A DNA stretch of 64,000 bases from a virus, in the IMG/VR virus record IMGVR_UViG_3300021963_000060, positions 1-64,000 of that record; one strand, given 5' to 3'. A program made the translations under genes and the position numbers. A model generated the notes under the pieces. The model made no database searches, had not been told where the DNA came from, and saw only the letters and a program-made list of their open reading frames with translations. Numbering within the stretch: the stretch's first letter is position 1; the number at the start of each line of letters is the position of its first letter. This document shows positions 18,390-27,521 of the stretch, one piece after another.

Positions 18390-20885
18390 TCATAGGAAAA
18401 AACTATCAAGGGTTGTTTTCCTTTCAGCAGACCAACCAATAGAATTTAGAATTATTTTCAAAGGTTCCAAAAATCCCTTTTCAAACTGAAGATCATGATC
18501 AATATATCTTTCCAAATTCAATTCTTTAGGAAAATCCTGAATGAATGAAATAACATTTTCATGAATAGAATTTGGTTTTTTTAGATAACAAAACTTGATC
18601 TTTTCCCCATTCTGAATCAATGAATACTTATGGTCTAATTTATTCTTCTTAATATAGAAATTAAAAAGTAATGCCCCTCTAACATGAATTGGAGTTCCTT
18701 TATCATAAATGTTACTAGAACACTTATGCTTAACAACATCTGATACTGATCTAGGAAAAGCTATTTGCTCGGGAGGTAATTTCTTAAACTCCTTTCTACA
18801 ACTTTCGATAAAATCAATAACGTTTTCTTCTGTACCATTCATAATTAGTTTTAGCGCATCCTTAATCATTTTGCGACAAGGTGCTGGAGTAGAAGACTTT
18901 ACCGCCTCAATACCCATAATCTTAAGTTTAGGTTCAGAGTATCGAACTCCTTCACTATCCCATACATTCATAATGTATCGCTTTTTAGCAGTCCAGATTC
19001 CACGATCGGCAATATTCTCTCGCTTCATCTGCATCTTTTGCTCATATGAATTTAGGTATTCCGCCAATTCTTGGTAAGAACTTTCAATATACTTTTCAAG
19101 TTCCACTTTAGCGACCTTATCAAGGAAGTTGACAATGCTCTCAGTAGTTTTCTCTCTGCCTTCGTATACACGGTCAACCAAAGGACCCATATGCATATAA
19201 ATGGAATCAGTATCTGAAGCAATAACATAATCAACATCCTTTGTCTTAAGAACATTATTCATATACTTATTCAGTTTTCTTTCAATCCACCGAATTGCAA
19301 CTTGACCAGATAAAGTAATTGCTTCAGCATTCTCAAGTTTGTAATACCTGAAGTATTGATTACCAATCGCACCATAAGCAGAGTTGAGAGAAATCTTTTT
19401 CGCCATCTGAATATTATTACACCTAGCGATTTCTTTTTCTAATTCCTTTGTAGGAGTCTTCTCATACTGCTTTTTAGCTTCAATCATTTTCTTTTTAAAA
19501 ATGACCCTCTCCTGATACATTTTTTCCATAAGTTCAGGAAGAATTCCTTTAATGTCTTTCCTATACATTGCTCCATTTGGAGTAATTGCATAGTCTTTAT
19601 ACATTTCAAAGGTAACCTTTTGATCAAGAATTCTTTCTACAGAAACATTAGGGCATCTCTCATCAACCAGTGTTTCTGGACTGATGTTTGATTGCATAAT
19701 CAAATGAGGATATAGTGAGTTAAGGTCAAAGTTAACGATCCAATCATAAACACCTGGAACTGGTTCTTTAACATATGCTCCAGCATATTTGTCGTTCTTT
19801 TCAGTCTTATCCTTTTGTGGAATAACTACATTTCTCTTCTTAAGATAATTGTAGATAATATTGTCCCACATTCGAACCTGATAGAAAACATCATTGTAAT
19901 TTACCTTAGCATCATAAGCCATGGTAATTGCAAGTTCGATGAGTTTCATCTTGTCCTCAAGACGATCAACAAGTTCAACGTCAACAATATTGTAATCTAC
20001 AAATTTTTTCCACCCTTTAGTGTAGAAATCCTTGAATGTATCAAACTCAGAGTGATCTAGTTTCTTTTGACCAAGTTCAACTTCAGCAATATAGTCAAGT
20101 CGATATGATTCTTGTGCTTTGTAAGTAAACTTCTTATAGAGATCAAGATAATCTAATTGAGTTATACCACCAATATCATATGCAACTTGCTGTCGGTTAT
20201 TTACCCATACTTCATTTTGAGTAACAAGTCCCCAAGGAGAGAAAGTTTTTAATTTTTTCTCACCAAGAACCCTAGATAAACGTCCACAGATATAAGGAAC
20301 GTCGAAGAATTGAATGTTCCATCCAGTAATAACATCAGGAGTATTATTACTCCAATAGTAAATAAAAGAATTTAGAAGTGCAAATTCAGATTCACATTCA
20401 ATGTATTTGAATTTTTCTTTTTTCCCACTGTAAGGTTTTGTACCCCAAGTAATGATTTCTTTTGCTGAATAATCCTGAATGGTAATTAGCAAGATCTCTT
20501 CATCGCAAACTTTTGGATCAGGAAATCCATATTCAGATTGCGTTTCAATATCAATAGTCACCAATCGAATCTTGCTGATATCAAATTTGATTTCATCCTC
20601 AGGATACTTATCAGAAATATACTGATAGATATACCTTTCGTTACCATAGATTTTAAAGTTATCTACACCGTCGTACTTTTTATAAAATTCCCTACAATCA
20701 CGAACGGTTCCAGGTTGAACTGACTCAACATAGTCACCTTCTAGAGTTTTATATTCAGTTGGTTTATTTGATTTTACAAAGAGAGTTGGGAAATACTCAT
20801 CTTTAAACATTACATGTTTACCATTTTCATAACCACGAACGAGAAATTGATTCCCGATCATTTGCACATTGGTATAAAACTTCAT
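18390..20885 (-). CDS. gp43: Family B DNA polymerase
   Basis: DIET exonuclease, DLNSLYP, KISLNSAYG, DTDS; uninterrupted. Confidence 0.98.
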   Translation of the reverse strand: MKFYTNVQMIGNQFLVRGYENGKHVMFKDEYFPTLFVKSNKPTEYKTLEGDYVESVQPGTVRDCREFYKKYDGVDNFKIYGNERYIYQYISDKYPEDEIKFDISKIRLVTIDIETQSEYGFPDPKVCDEEILLITIQDYSAKEIITWGTKPYSGKKEKFKYIECESEFALLNSFIYYWSNNTPDVITGWNIQFFDVPYICGRLSRVLGEKKLKTFSPWGLVTQNEVWVNNRQQVAYDIGGITQLDYLDLYKKFTYKAQESYRLDYIAEVELGQKKLDHSEFDTFKDFYTKGWKKFVDYNIVDVELVDRLEDKMKLIELAITMAYDAKVNYNDVFYQVRMWDNIIYNYLKKRNVVIPQKDKTEKNDKYAGAYVKEPVPGVYDWIVNFDLNSLYPHLIMQSNISPETLVDERCPNVSVERILDQKVTFEMYKDYAITPNGAMYRKDIKGILPELMEKMYQERVIFKKKMIEAKKQYEKTPTKELEKEIARCNNIQMAKKISLNSAYGAIGNQYFRYYKLENAEAITLSGQVAIRWIERKLNKYMNNVLKTKDVDYVIASDTDSIYMHMGPLVDRVYEGREKTTESIVNFLDKVAKVELEKYIESSYQELAEYLNSYEQKMQMKRENIADRGIWTAKKRYIMNVWDSEGVRYSEPKLKIMGIEAVKSSTPAPCRKMIKDALKLIMNGTEENVIDFIESCRKEFKKLPPEQIAFPRSVSDVVKHKCSSNIYDKGTPIHVRGALLFNFYIKKNKLDHKYSLIQNGEKIKFCYLKKPNSIHENVISFIQDFPKELNLERYIDHDLQFEKGFLEPLKIILNSIGWSAERKTTLDSFFL

Positions 20886-21133
20886 TTAGTCAGCGTTTGA
20901 TACTTTTCTAGGATGGTTGGTTTTGGATCGGAAATTGTTAGGATATTATCAGAACGAATCATAACTGTAGATTCCATAGTATATTCAAATAACCATGGTT
21001 GTAAAGTTTCTCCAGTGATCAAATAAGGATCAACAAGTTTACAATCAGGTTCTCCTAAGTCAGCAGCTACTTCTTCTATCTTTGAAACTAGAACTTGATT
21101 ATTTGTTAGTACAAGCAATTTAATATTTTCCAT
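20882..21133 (-). CDS. Conserved small hypothetical protein (Sm-like fold probable)
   Basis: IKLLVL...LVDPY...LQPWL pattern shared with its neighbour and 35774..36166. Confidence 0.7.
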   Translation of the reverse strand: MENIKLLVLTNNQVLVSKIEEVAADLGEPDCKLVDPYLITGETLQPWLFEYTMESTVMIRSDNILTISDPKPTILEKYQTLTK

Positions 21134-21138
21134 CTATA

Positions 21139-21525
21139 TCACCTACAAGTTTTACAATCGCCATCCTCATCCTCCTTTCGGTTAAGACCTTCTCCCCATT
21201 CTTTCTCACCAGAAAGTACGTTATTAACGTACATTTCATAAAGCATATCTACTGGATCGGTAAAAGTAATTACCCAATCAATTGAAATAGGAAGTGTTGT
21301 TCCTTTTGCTAGTGGAATCCATGGAAATAGACTGATATCAAAACTGGTTTTTTCTTCAGGAGGTCTTGCTTTTTGAGGTCTTTGTGGTTTTTCTCCACCA
21401 CCCATGATCCTTACAATACATGCTTTTTCCAGATAAAAACCAACGGTTTTATCTTCAACAACCATTTCATTCATATCTGCAATGATGTTTTCACCAGATT
21501 TTAATACAATGAGTTTAATAGCCAT
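21139..21525 (-). CDS. Conserved hypothetical protein (Sm-like fold probable)
   Basis: IKLIVLKSGENII...LFPWIP...WVITFTDP. Confidence 0.7.
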   Translation of the reverse strand: MAIKLIVLKSGENIIADMNEMVVEDKTVGFYLEKACIVRIMGGGEKPQRPQKARPPEEKTSFDISLFPWIPLAKGTTLPISIDWVITFTDPVDMLYEMYVNNVLSGEKEWGEGLNRKEDEDGDCKTCR

Positions 21526-21557
21526 AAATACAATTCATCTCTTACTAGTTTAACAAG

Positions 21558-21600
21558 AAAAAGGGGAGGCGTCAACTGGATTGTGCCAGTTGCCTCCCCG
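21558..21600 (-). terminator. Long terminator hairpin overlapping the -35 of the next promoter
   Basis: GGGGAGGC-AACTGG-CACAAT-CCAGTT-GAC-GCCTCCCC-TTTTT; TTGACG...TAAACT. Confidence 0.7.
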
Positions 21601-21626
21601 TCTGCGCCGACGATATTCAATACTAT

Positions 21627-21806
21627 TTATTCTCCACCATCTCCACCACTTCCATCACCAGAATCTCCATTACCACCAGCACTTGAACGACTTCTTACTG
21701 GAACCGCTTTTCCTTTTGAAATACGTTTTTGTTTTCCTTGAGAATATACAGTATGCGGAATTGCATTTTTATATGCAATTTCTTTGAATTCGTCGAAAGA
21801 TTTCAT
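21627..21806 (-). CDS. Small putative internal head protein, 59 aa (MKSFDEFKEIAYK...GGNGDSGDGSGGDGGE)
   Basis: Hand-translated; T4 capsid-targeting-like N-terminus; Gly/Asp tail. Confidence 0.65.
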   Translation of the reverse strand: MKSFDEFKEIAYKNAIPHTVYSQGKQKRISKGKAVPVRSRSSAGGNGDSGDGSGGDGGE

Positions 21807-21819
21807 TTTTTATTTTTAT

Positions 21820-22260
21820 TTAGAGATAGTCCTTTCGCTTATGATGCTCAGGAACAATCCTACCAAGTGTGATAGTCAAAAGCCCATCCTCAAAATCAAC
21901 TGATCTAACTTCCGTATCATCAGAGAGCGTCCACGCTCTCTTAAAACTCCGTTGAGCCAAACCTTTGTGGATATAGTTGGACTCCGATTCTTTATCCTCT
22001 TTTTGGCCTTCCACAAAGAGTTTACCGTCTTGAGTGTAGACATAAACCTCCTTCTTCTTAAATCCAGCAAGAGCAAGTTCTAGTCGTGATTCTACATTAC
22101 TGACTTGAACAAGATTATATGGGGGATAGTTAGTAGTGGTCTCATGTAGATGGAATAAGCGATCAAAATATTCATCCATTCCAATACTGTACTTACTGAT
22201 CCTTTCCATCAAAGCAGGAAGATCTGCAGAGTTGAACCTTGAAGTTGCAAGATTAGTCAT
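21820..22260 (-). CDS. hsp20: Small heat-shock protein (likely start MTNLAT)
   Basis: YPPYN, LALAGF, HKGLAQRSF, DGLLTI; AAGGAG RBS. Confidence 0.95.
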   Translation of the reverse strand: MTNLATSRFNSADLPALMERISKYSIGMDEYFDRLFHLHETTTNYPPYNLVQVSNVESRLELALAGFKKKEVYVYTQDGKLFVEGQKEDKESESNYIHKGLAQRSFKRAWTLSDDTEVRSVDFEDGLLTITLGRIVPEHHKRKDYL

Positions 22261-22419
22261 TATAGTAGCTCCTTTAAAAGCGAGTTTGTGTTGTATGGAC
22301 CCCGAAGGCATCCATTACTAATTATACAAGAAACGAAAAAAAGAGGAGGGGTAAAAACCCAACCTCTTTTTAGGGTGTTCCGACTTTTGTAGAGACCGCA
22401 CGAAAGGTCTCAGTATTAT

Positions 22420-22860
22420 TTATTCAGTTTCTACTGCCTTTCCTTTCTTACCAATATTGTACTTCTGTTCGAGAATCCAGTCACCCTTATCTTTATAAGA
22501 AAGTACCTTAATTTGATTTAGTGGGGCGATATCAAGAATTTTATCCTGATTCACAACCGTAATTAGACCCCAATCAGACAATAGACGAATAATTCTATTT
22601 CTGCGTTGAACATCATTTACAGTCAGGTTAGCATGTTTACCATCAAGAGCAAACAGTTCTTTAAAGTGAGTAATATAATATCTACCCTGCTTATGAAGAA
22701 TATGAGCACTCTGATAGAGTTTTTTCTCCTTCCTTGATGCTACTCCGATACGAGTCAATGTTTCACGTACTTTTAAGAAGTCATCTGGTTCATTCAGAAC
22801 AACTTCTACCATCATTTCAGGAGACCAGTTTACCTGTGGTTCAATAGTTTGATTAGTCAT
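22420..22860 (-). CDS. regA: Translational repressor RegA
   Basis: DDFLKVRETLTRIG, HILHKQGRYYITHFKELF. Confidence 0.96.
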   Translation of the reverse strand: MTNQTIEPQVNWSPEMMVEVVLNEPDDFLKVRETLTRIGVASRKEKKLYQSAHILHKQGRYYITHFKELFALDGKHANLTVNDVQRRNRIIRLLSDWGLITVVNQDKILDIAPLNQIKVLSYKDKGDWILEQKYNIGKKGKAVETE

Positions 22861-23246
22861 TTTTTTCCGCCAGTTTCAAGTCGTTGTTTAATAAAATCGA
22901 GTTGAGATTTTGATAAGATTTTCAAAGCCTGAAATGCTTTTTCATTACTATAACCATAGTATTGCTTAACGCACTCTAAATCTTTGATTTTATCTTTTCG
23001 GATCCAAGGAGAAAATCTCTTCTTTTTCCTTAGACTATTTAGATAAAATGAATATTGTAGATCTTTATCCAAGTGATGATTAATATTCATCTCATTTGCA
23101 TAAAGAATACAATCAATATGTCCAGAAAGGCATCTGTTTATAATATAAGACGGATATTCTTTTTTAAGATTTACTGAGGAATCCTCTGCAAGATTTTCCT
23201 TAGTAAAGTTGATGGAGTTTAACCAATCTTTAAGTTCGTAAGTCAT
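22857..23246 (-). CDS. gp62: Clamp loader small subunit
   Basis: YIINRCLS, ANEMN, YYGYSNEKA; position before regA. Confidence 0.93.
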   Translation of the reverse strand: MTYELKDWLNSINFTKENLAEDSSVNLKKEYPSYIINRCLSGHIDCILYANEMNINHHLDKDLQYSFYLNSLRKKKRFSPWIRKDKIKDLECVKQYYGYSNEKAFQALKILSKSQLDFIKQRLETGGKK

Positions 23247-24358
23247 CGTATAATTTGAATTTCATCTTCATCGGTCCAAAGTTCAACTTTGGTTCTAAAC
23301 CTTCCCTCTTCCTTTAACTTCTCATATCTCTTTGCTGATTTCTTTTTCCACCAAGAAATAATATTCTCAAGATGAAATTTATCCCAATTCTGACCACGGA
23401 TCAATTTATCCTGTTCGCCAAGAATTACTTCACGAACATTTTCATAACCATAGTCTGAGATATAAAACCTCTTCTTTTGCGTAAGAGCAAAGGCAGTATC
23501 AATGACTTTATTAAAGTCTGCTAGTTTTTCTTTATCTTGTAAAGAATTCCTAATGATAGAAATCATTTTAGTTTGCCTTTTCATCTTTTTTGATGAGGCT
23601 TTGTTATCAGTTAAAGGAGTGTTGTTATTCAAATAGGTGAATCTATCATGCAACTTATGAAATACATCGTCATGCAGTAACGGAAGAAATTTACTTTCAG
23701 TAAGTCCTTTGTATCTCATGTATGGTTTAAGTCCATCATATTGTGATGCATCTGTTGTTGAACCATAAAGAGATGTGGTTTCAAAAAGAGCGATATCCTT
23801 TTCAAAAACTTCATTAAGAGTCTCACGAGCAAAATGAGAACAGCACAGTAAAGCAAGAAGTTTTCCCCCAAGATAGTTGTATCCAAAGGGTTGGGATGGA
23901 ACAATCACAAATCCCATTGCAGCATGACGATTAAAAATAGAAAGGTCAGGTGTTCTACCTAACCATTCATTTCTTGGTTTTGAATTAATTGTAGGAGAAC
24001 CAAAACGAATAAACCCTAATATTTTACTTGTATTTTTTTCAAATACCATCCAACGAAGTTCTCTTCCTGGAATATTAGATTCATTATTATGAGATGAAAC
24101 TACTTGTAAAAGATTATTATAATGTTCCTGAGGTAGAGATTGTTGAAAACGATCTCCTATAAATTTAATATCAAATTCCATGTCTTCTGGATGAATATCT
24201 TCATTAAAGAATTCATCATGAAGAGGAGCGATGGTATTTGTTCCTTTAACAAGTTTCTTTTTAACAAAGCGCAAATAGTCTTCAATACTTCCCATATGTG
24301 AGAAGTAATCAATAAACTCATTTGCTGCCCATAAAGCATCTTGTTCAGAAACTATCAT
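23243..24358 (-). CDS. Conserved cyanophage protein, DUF4338/DruA-like putative GNAT fold
   Basis: PGRELR, PFGYNYLGGKLLAL, FETTSLYG. Confidence 0.6.
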   Translation of the reverse strand: MIVSEQDALWAANEFIDYFSHMGSIEDYLRFVKKKLVKGTNTIAPLHDEFFNEDIHPEDMEFDIKFIGDRFQQSLPQEHYNNLLQVVSSHNNESNIPGRELRWMVFEKNTSKILGFIRFGSPTINSKPRNEWLGRTPDLSIFNRHAAMGFVIVPSQPFGYNYLGGKLLALLCCSHFARETLNEVFEKDIALFETTSLYGSTTDASQYDGLKPYMRYKGLTESKFLPLLHDDVFHKLHDRFTYLNNNTPLTDNKASSKKMKRQTKMISIIRNSLQDKEKLADFNKVIDTAFALTQKKRFYISDYGYENVREVILGEQDKLIRGQNWDKFHLENIISWWKKKSAKRYEKLKEEGRFRTKVELWTDEDEIQIIR

Positions 24359-24561
24359 TCAAACTCACCTTTTCTATTTTGTTTTGGGGGAACGATATAT
24401 TGCGGAACACATGTAACAGAAATTGATGTATCTTTAGTTGCTTCCGCCATTTTTCTATAACCCATACCAACATAAATTTGACCACCAACAACAGATACGG
24501 CCATAATTCCCCAGAAAATGTAATACCACTGAGATTTAACTTGATGATGTTTTGTTTTCAT
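24355..24561 (-). CDS. Small membrane protein
   Basis: WYYIFWGIMAVSVVGGQIYVG TM segment; ATGA coupling. Confidence 0.7.
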   Translation of the reverse strand: MKTKHHQVKSQWYYIFWGIMAVSVVGGQIYVGMGYRKMAEATKDTSISVTCVPQYIVPPKQNRKGEFE

Positions 24562-24752
24562 TTTTCATCCACCATACCTAAAAATTCAATGTCTTCAAAT
24601 TGATCTACAGATACTTCATGCTCTCCGCCGACAAGATACCAGTGTTTACCATCATTACGAATACCAAGATATTTCATTTGATCTTCGGCAAAAGTATGCT
24701 CACGCATCAATGCTTGAATACGGTAGTGCATTAATTCACTTCGACTAATCAT
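24558..24752 (-). CDS. Hypothetical protein
   Basis: ATGA-coupled ORF. Confidence 0.7.
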   Translation of the reverse strand: MISRSELMHYRIQALMREHTFAEDQMKYLGIRNDGKHWYLVGGEHEVSVDQFEDIEFLGMVDEK

Positions 24753-25705
24753 TTAAATTCACACTCACACATAATTTCAGTTAATGCTGCTAGAAGGTTA
24801 ATTTCTTGATCAGCCACGAACGCACATTGGTATTGATACTTAGCAATAACAAGAACGGCAGCAGGGATAGATGCGGGAACCAGGCTATCATAAGCGGCGT
24901 CATAAACCCTGCGAAGAAGACTAGAAGCATCGTTATCCAAGTTGGAGACCACCCACTTTCTAACTTCTGAGAAGTTTTTATCCTTAAGATTTTTGATAAG
25001 TTCATTTACATTAATATCAGAAAATGTTGCAAGAATTGCAGAATCAATTTTTCCACCAGAAGAATATCTCTGACATTCATTAAGGACTCGCCTCCAATCA
25101 GGAAAGTGCTTATTGATCAGTTCAATTAGAACTTTTTGATCATACTCAACGTTTTCGATTTGAAGGATTTCAAGGAGGCGATTATAAAACCCAGCGGCAA
25201 GTTGGGCCTTTTCTTTTCCCTTGATCCCAAATTCAATGACTGCACATCTTGAGTGCAGTGGTTCAATGATTTTGTTCTTGTAATTGCAGGTGAGGATGAA
25301 TCTGCAGTTGTTAGCAAATTCCTCAGTAAATGCCCGTAGGAGGAGTTGTACGTCGTTTGTTGTGTTATCTGCCTCATCAATGATGATGACTTTGTGTTTA
25401 GCAGTTGACGAAAGCGATACGGTCGAAGCGAAGTTTTTCGCATTGTTTCGGACAGTATCGAGGAATCTACCCTCGTCGGATCCATTGATGACATAAAAAT
25501 CTACTCCAAGTTCATTGCACAATGCTTTTGCAACTGTAGTTTTTCCAATCCCAGGAGGACCAGAAAGAAGCATGTTAGGAATTTCTCCCCTATTTAGGAA
25601 ATCTTGGAATGTTTTTTTAGTACCTTCGGGAAGGATACATTCTTGAATTGTCTTTGGTCGGTATTTCTCAACCCAAATAAAATCACTATTCATAATCAAA
25701 TCCAA
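24749..25705 (-). CDS. gp44: Clamp loader large subunit (AAA+)
   Basis: WVEKYRP, GPPGIGKTT, IIDEAD, SRC. Confidence 0.97.
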   Translation of the reverse strand: MDLIMNSDFIWVEKYRPKTIQECILPEGTKKTFQDFLNRGEIPNMLLSGPPGIGKTTVAKALCNELGVDFYVINGSDEGRFLDTVRNNAKNFASTVSLSSTAKHKVIIIDEADNTTNDVQLLLRAFTEEFANNCRFILTCNYKNKIIEPLHSRCAVIEFGIKGKEKAQLAAGFYNRLLEILQIENVEYDQKVLIELINKHFPDWRRVLNECQRYSSGGKIDSAILATFSDINVNELIKNLKDKNFSEVRKWVVSNLDNDASSLLRRVYDAAYDSLVPASIPAAVLVIAKYQYQCAFVADQEINLLAALTEIMCECEFK

Positions 25706-26205
25706 TCAGGTTTACGTTGGGGCATACGAAGATAATTATCTTTTACCCAAGTCTTAGAAGCAATATACCTTTTATATGCAGTAAAGGTATCAATACTCTC
25801 ATCAAATTTCCACTCTTCAGGCATAGCACGAGCAAATGGTGTTACATCAGTAATTTTACCTTTAGGAAAAAGGTAGTATGCATCAACAAGTGTTTTGTAG
25901 CAAGAATGTTCTTTATTATATCTTACAGTATATTCATCGCATAAGTTCATTCCCCATTTAATCAACCAATAAGCATTGTGTATTGATTCCGCTGCCCACT
26001 TTGTACATGGGTGATTACGAAATGCACCCTTCTCAGTCGCATATGGAGTTCCATCGGACTTGGGAAGGGTGCCGTAGTTATGATACCATTTAGATGCAAC
26101 AATAGAAAGCATTTGACAGCATTCTAGAGGCATCTTAACGATATGTTTATCTGGGAGACAAATAGCACTTTCTGCTGGCCAAGGAGAAGTAACAAAAATA
26201 TTCAT
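25696..26205 (-). CDS. Pyrimidine-dimer DNA glycosylase / DenV-like family protein
   Basis: MNIFVT...DKHIVKMPLECCQML...NHPCTKW...AMP...AYKRY. Confidence 0.75.
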   Translation of the reverse strand: MNIFVTSPWPAESAICLPDKHIVKMPLECCQMLSIVASKWYHNYGTLPKSDGTPYATEKGAFRNHPCTKWAAESIHNAYWLIKWGMNLCDEYTVRYNKEHSCYKTLVDAYYLFPKGKITDVTPFARAMPEEWKFDESIDTFTAYKRYIASKTWVKDNYLRMPQRKPDWI

Positions 26206-26219
26206 GATATAAAATGAAT

Positions 26220-26366
26220 TCAAATTGGTTGGGGTCCACCCACAATTATAGCAGATGGAACCTGTGCCTGTGCAATCTTTTTAGCCTGGGATTGACTGCT
26301 AGCATCAACAACCATTTCTAGATACCTATTGTCCCCAGGCAATTTATATTTTACTGAATACTTCAT
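26220..26366 (-). CDS. Small hypothetical protein, 48 aa (MKYSVKYKLPGDNRYLEMVVDASSQSQAKKIA...)
   Basis: Hand-translated; ATGA coupling with the gp45 stop. Confidence 0.6.
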   Translation of the reverse strand: MKYSVKYKLPGDNRYLEMVVDASSQSQAKKIAQAQVPSAIIVGGPQPI

Positions 26367-27028
26367 CCAAAAGTAGAATCGGGTTCTAGAGCAATATGAT
26401 AAATCAGATCATAATCAGTATGACTGAATTTAGATAGTAGTTTCTTAGAAATAACTACCTCATATGAACCAGGAAGAATCTTGATATTTTCTACCTTGAA
26501 GTTGAAAACAAACTCAGAGTCAGTCTCACCAACAACAATAGAAAAGTCGTTTGAAGTGTCGTTCTTTTTGTCACGAACAACAAGTTTAACTACTCCATTT
26601 TCACCAACAGCAGAAAGATCTGGAAGTTGACCAACAGCAGATGCCTTCAGAAGTTTATCTAGTTGCTGAGTACTGAGTTCGAAACAAACATCTTCACTTG
26701 GAAGAACAATATCTTTTTCTGGAGGGACAACAATTACATTAGGATCAGCAAAGAAATATTTTGATCGATTTTTACCTTCTTTGATGACCACATAATTATC
26801 ATTCTCAAAGTCCAACTCAGCAGGTTGGTAAAGAGCAAGAAAATTAAGGAATTGGTTCAGGTCATAGATACCAAAATCTTTTGTGAAATCTTCAGTAATT
26901 TTTGCTTCTGCTAGAATGTTTTTCATAACAGAAATTGTCCTAAGAGTATTTCCTTCCTTAAAAAGAATTGATTGATTGATGGAAGAAAAATTCTTTAGGA
27001 GGTTGAGAGTTTTATCAGATAGTTTCAT
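26363..27028 (-). CDS. gp45: Sliding clamp
   Basis: MKLSDKTLNLLKNFSSINQS, FGIYDLNQFL, IALEPDS. Confidence 0.96.
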   Translation of the reverse strand: MKLSDKTLNLLKNFSSINQSILFKEGNTLRTISVMKNILAEAKITEDFTKDFGIYDLNQFLNFLALYQPAELDFENDNYVVIKEGKNRSKYFFADPNVIVVPPEKDIVLPSEDVCFELSTQQLDKLLKASAVGQLPDLSAVGENGVVKLVVRDKKNDTSNDFSIVVGETDSEFVFNFKVENIKILPGSYEVVISKKLLSKFSHTDYDLIYHIALEPDSTFG

Positions 27029-27033
27029 AATAA

Positions 27034-27489
27034 TCAGCGAAAGAATTCAGAAAGGCCATTGTCTTTGCGAGTATAGTGCCCGTCAAAGTGTAGTAGAAGC
27101 ATAGCATAGTGAATAACTTTTAGGAGGTCACGCTTATTGCGACCATCCTTATCACCATACCGACTACCATATTTTAGGATATTTGCTTGACAGAAACCAG
27201 GGGCAAGATCCTTTGCCGCCATAAGATCAATTGTTTGAATATCTTTGTGGTCTTGATTATGACCACAATAGTGACTTCCATAGGTACTAGTCACATAATC
27301 CTGAATATCTTTCAGGATTTTATCTTCATTATATTTCCAAAGATGGTTCTTTGTTTCATTCATAATCGATGAGGTCACTGGAGTTTTTTTAATTTCAATT
27401 TGATCATTAGAGTTCAAAGAAAATACATAACTGTCTAATAGGTTAGGCGTTGATTTGAAATCATTATCAGAATAAGGATACTCGTCCAT
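27034..27489 (-). CDS. Conserved T4-like protein (DUF3310-like)
   Basis: TYGSHY, NILKYGSRYGDKDG, DLLKVIHYA. Confidence 0.75.
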   Translation of the reverse strand: MDEYPYSDNDFKSTPNLLDSYVFSLNSNDQIEIKKTPVTSSIMNETKNHLWKYNEDKILKDIQDYVTSTYGSHYCGHNQDHKDIQTIDLMAAKDLAPGFCQANILKYGSRYGDKDGRNKRDLLKVIHYAMLLLHFDGHYTRKDNGLSEFFR

Positions 27490-27521
27490 AATAAAAAGAA
27501 GATATGTCTTTTGTTATTTTA

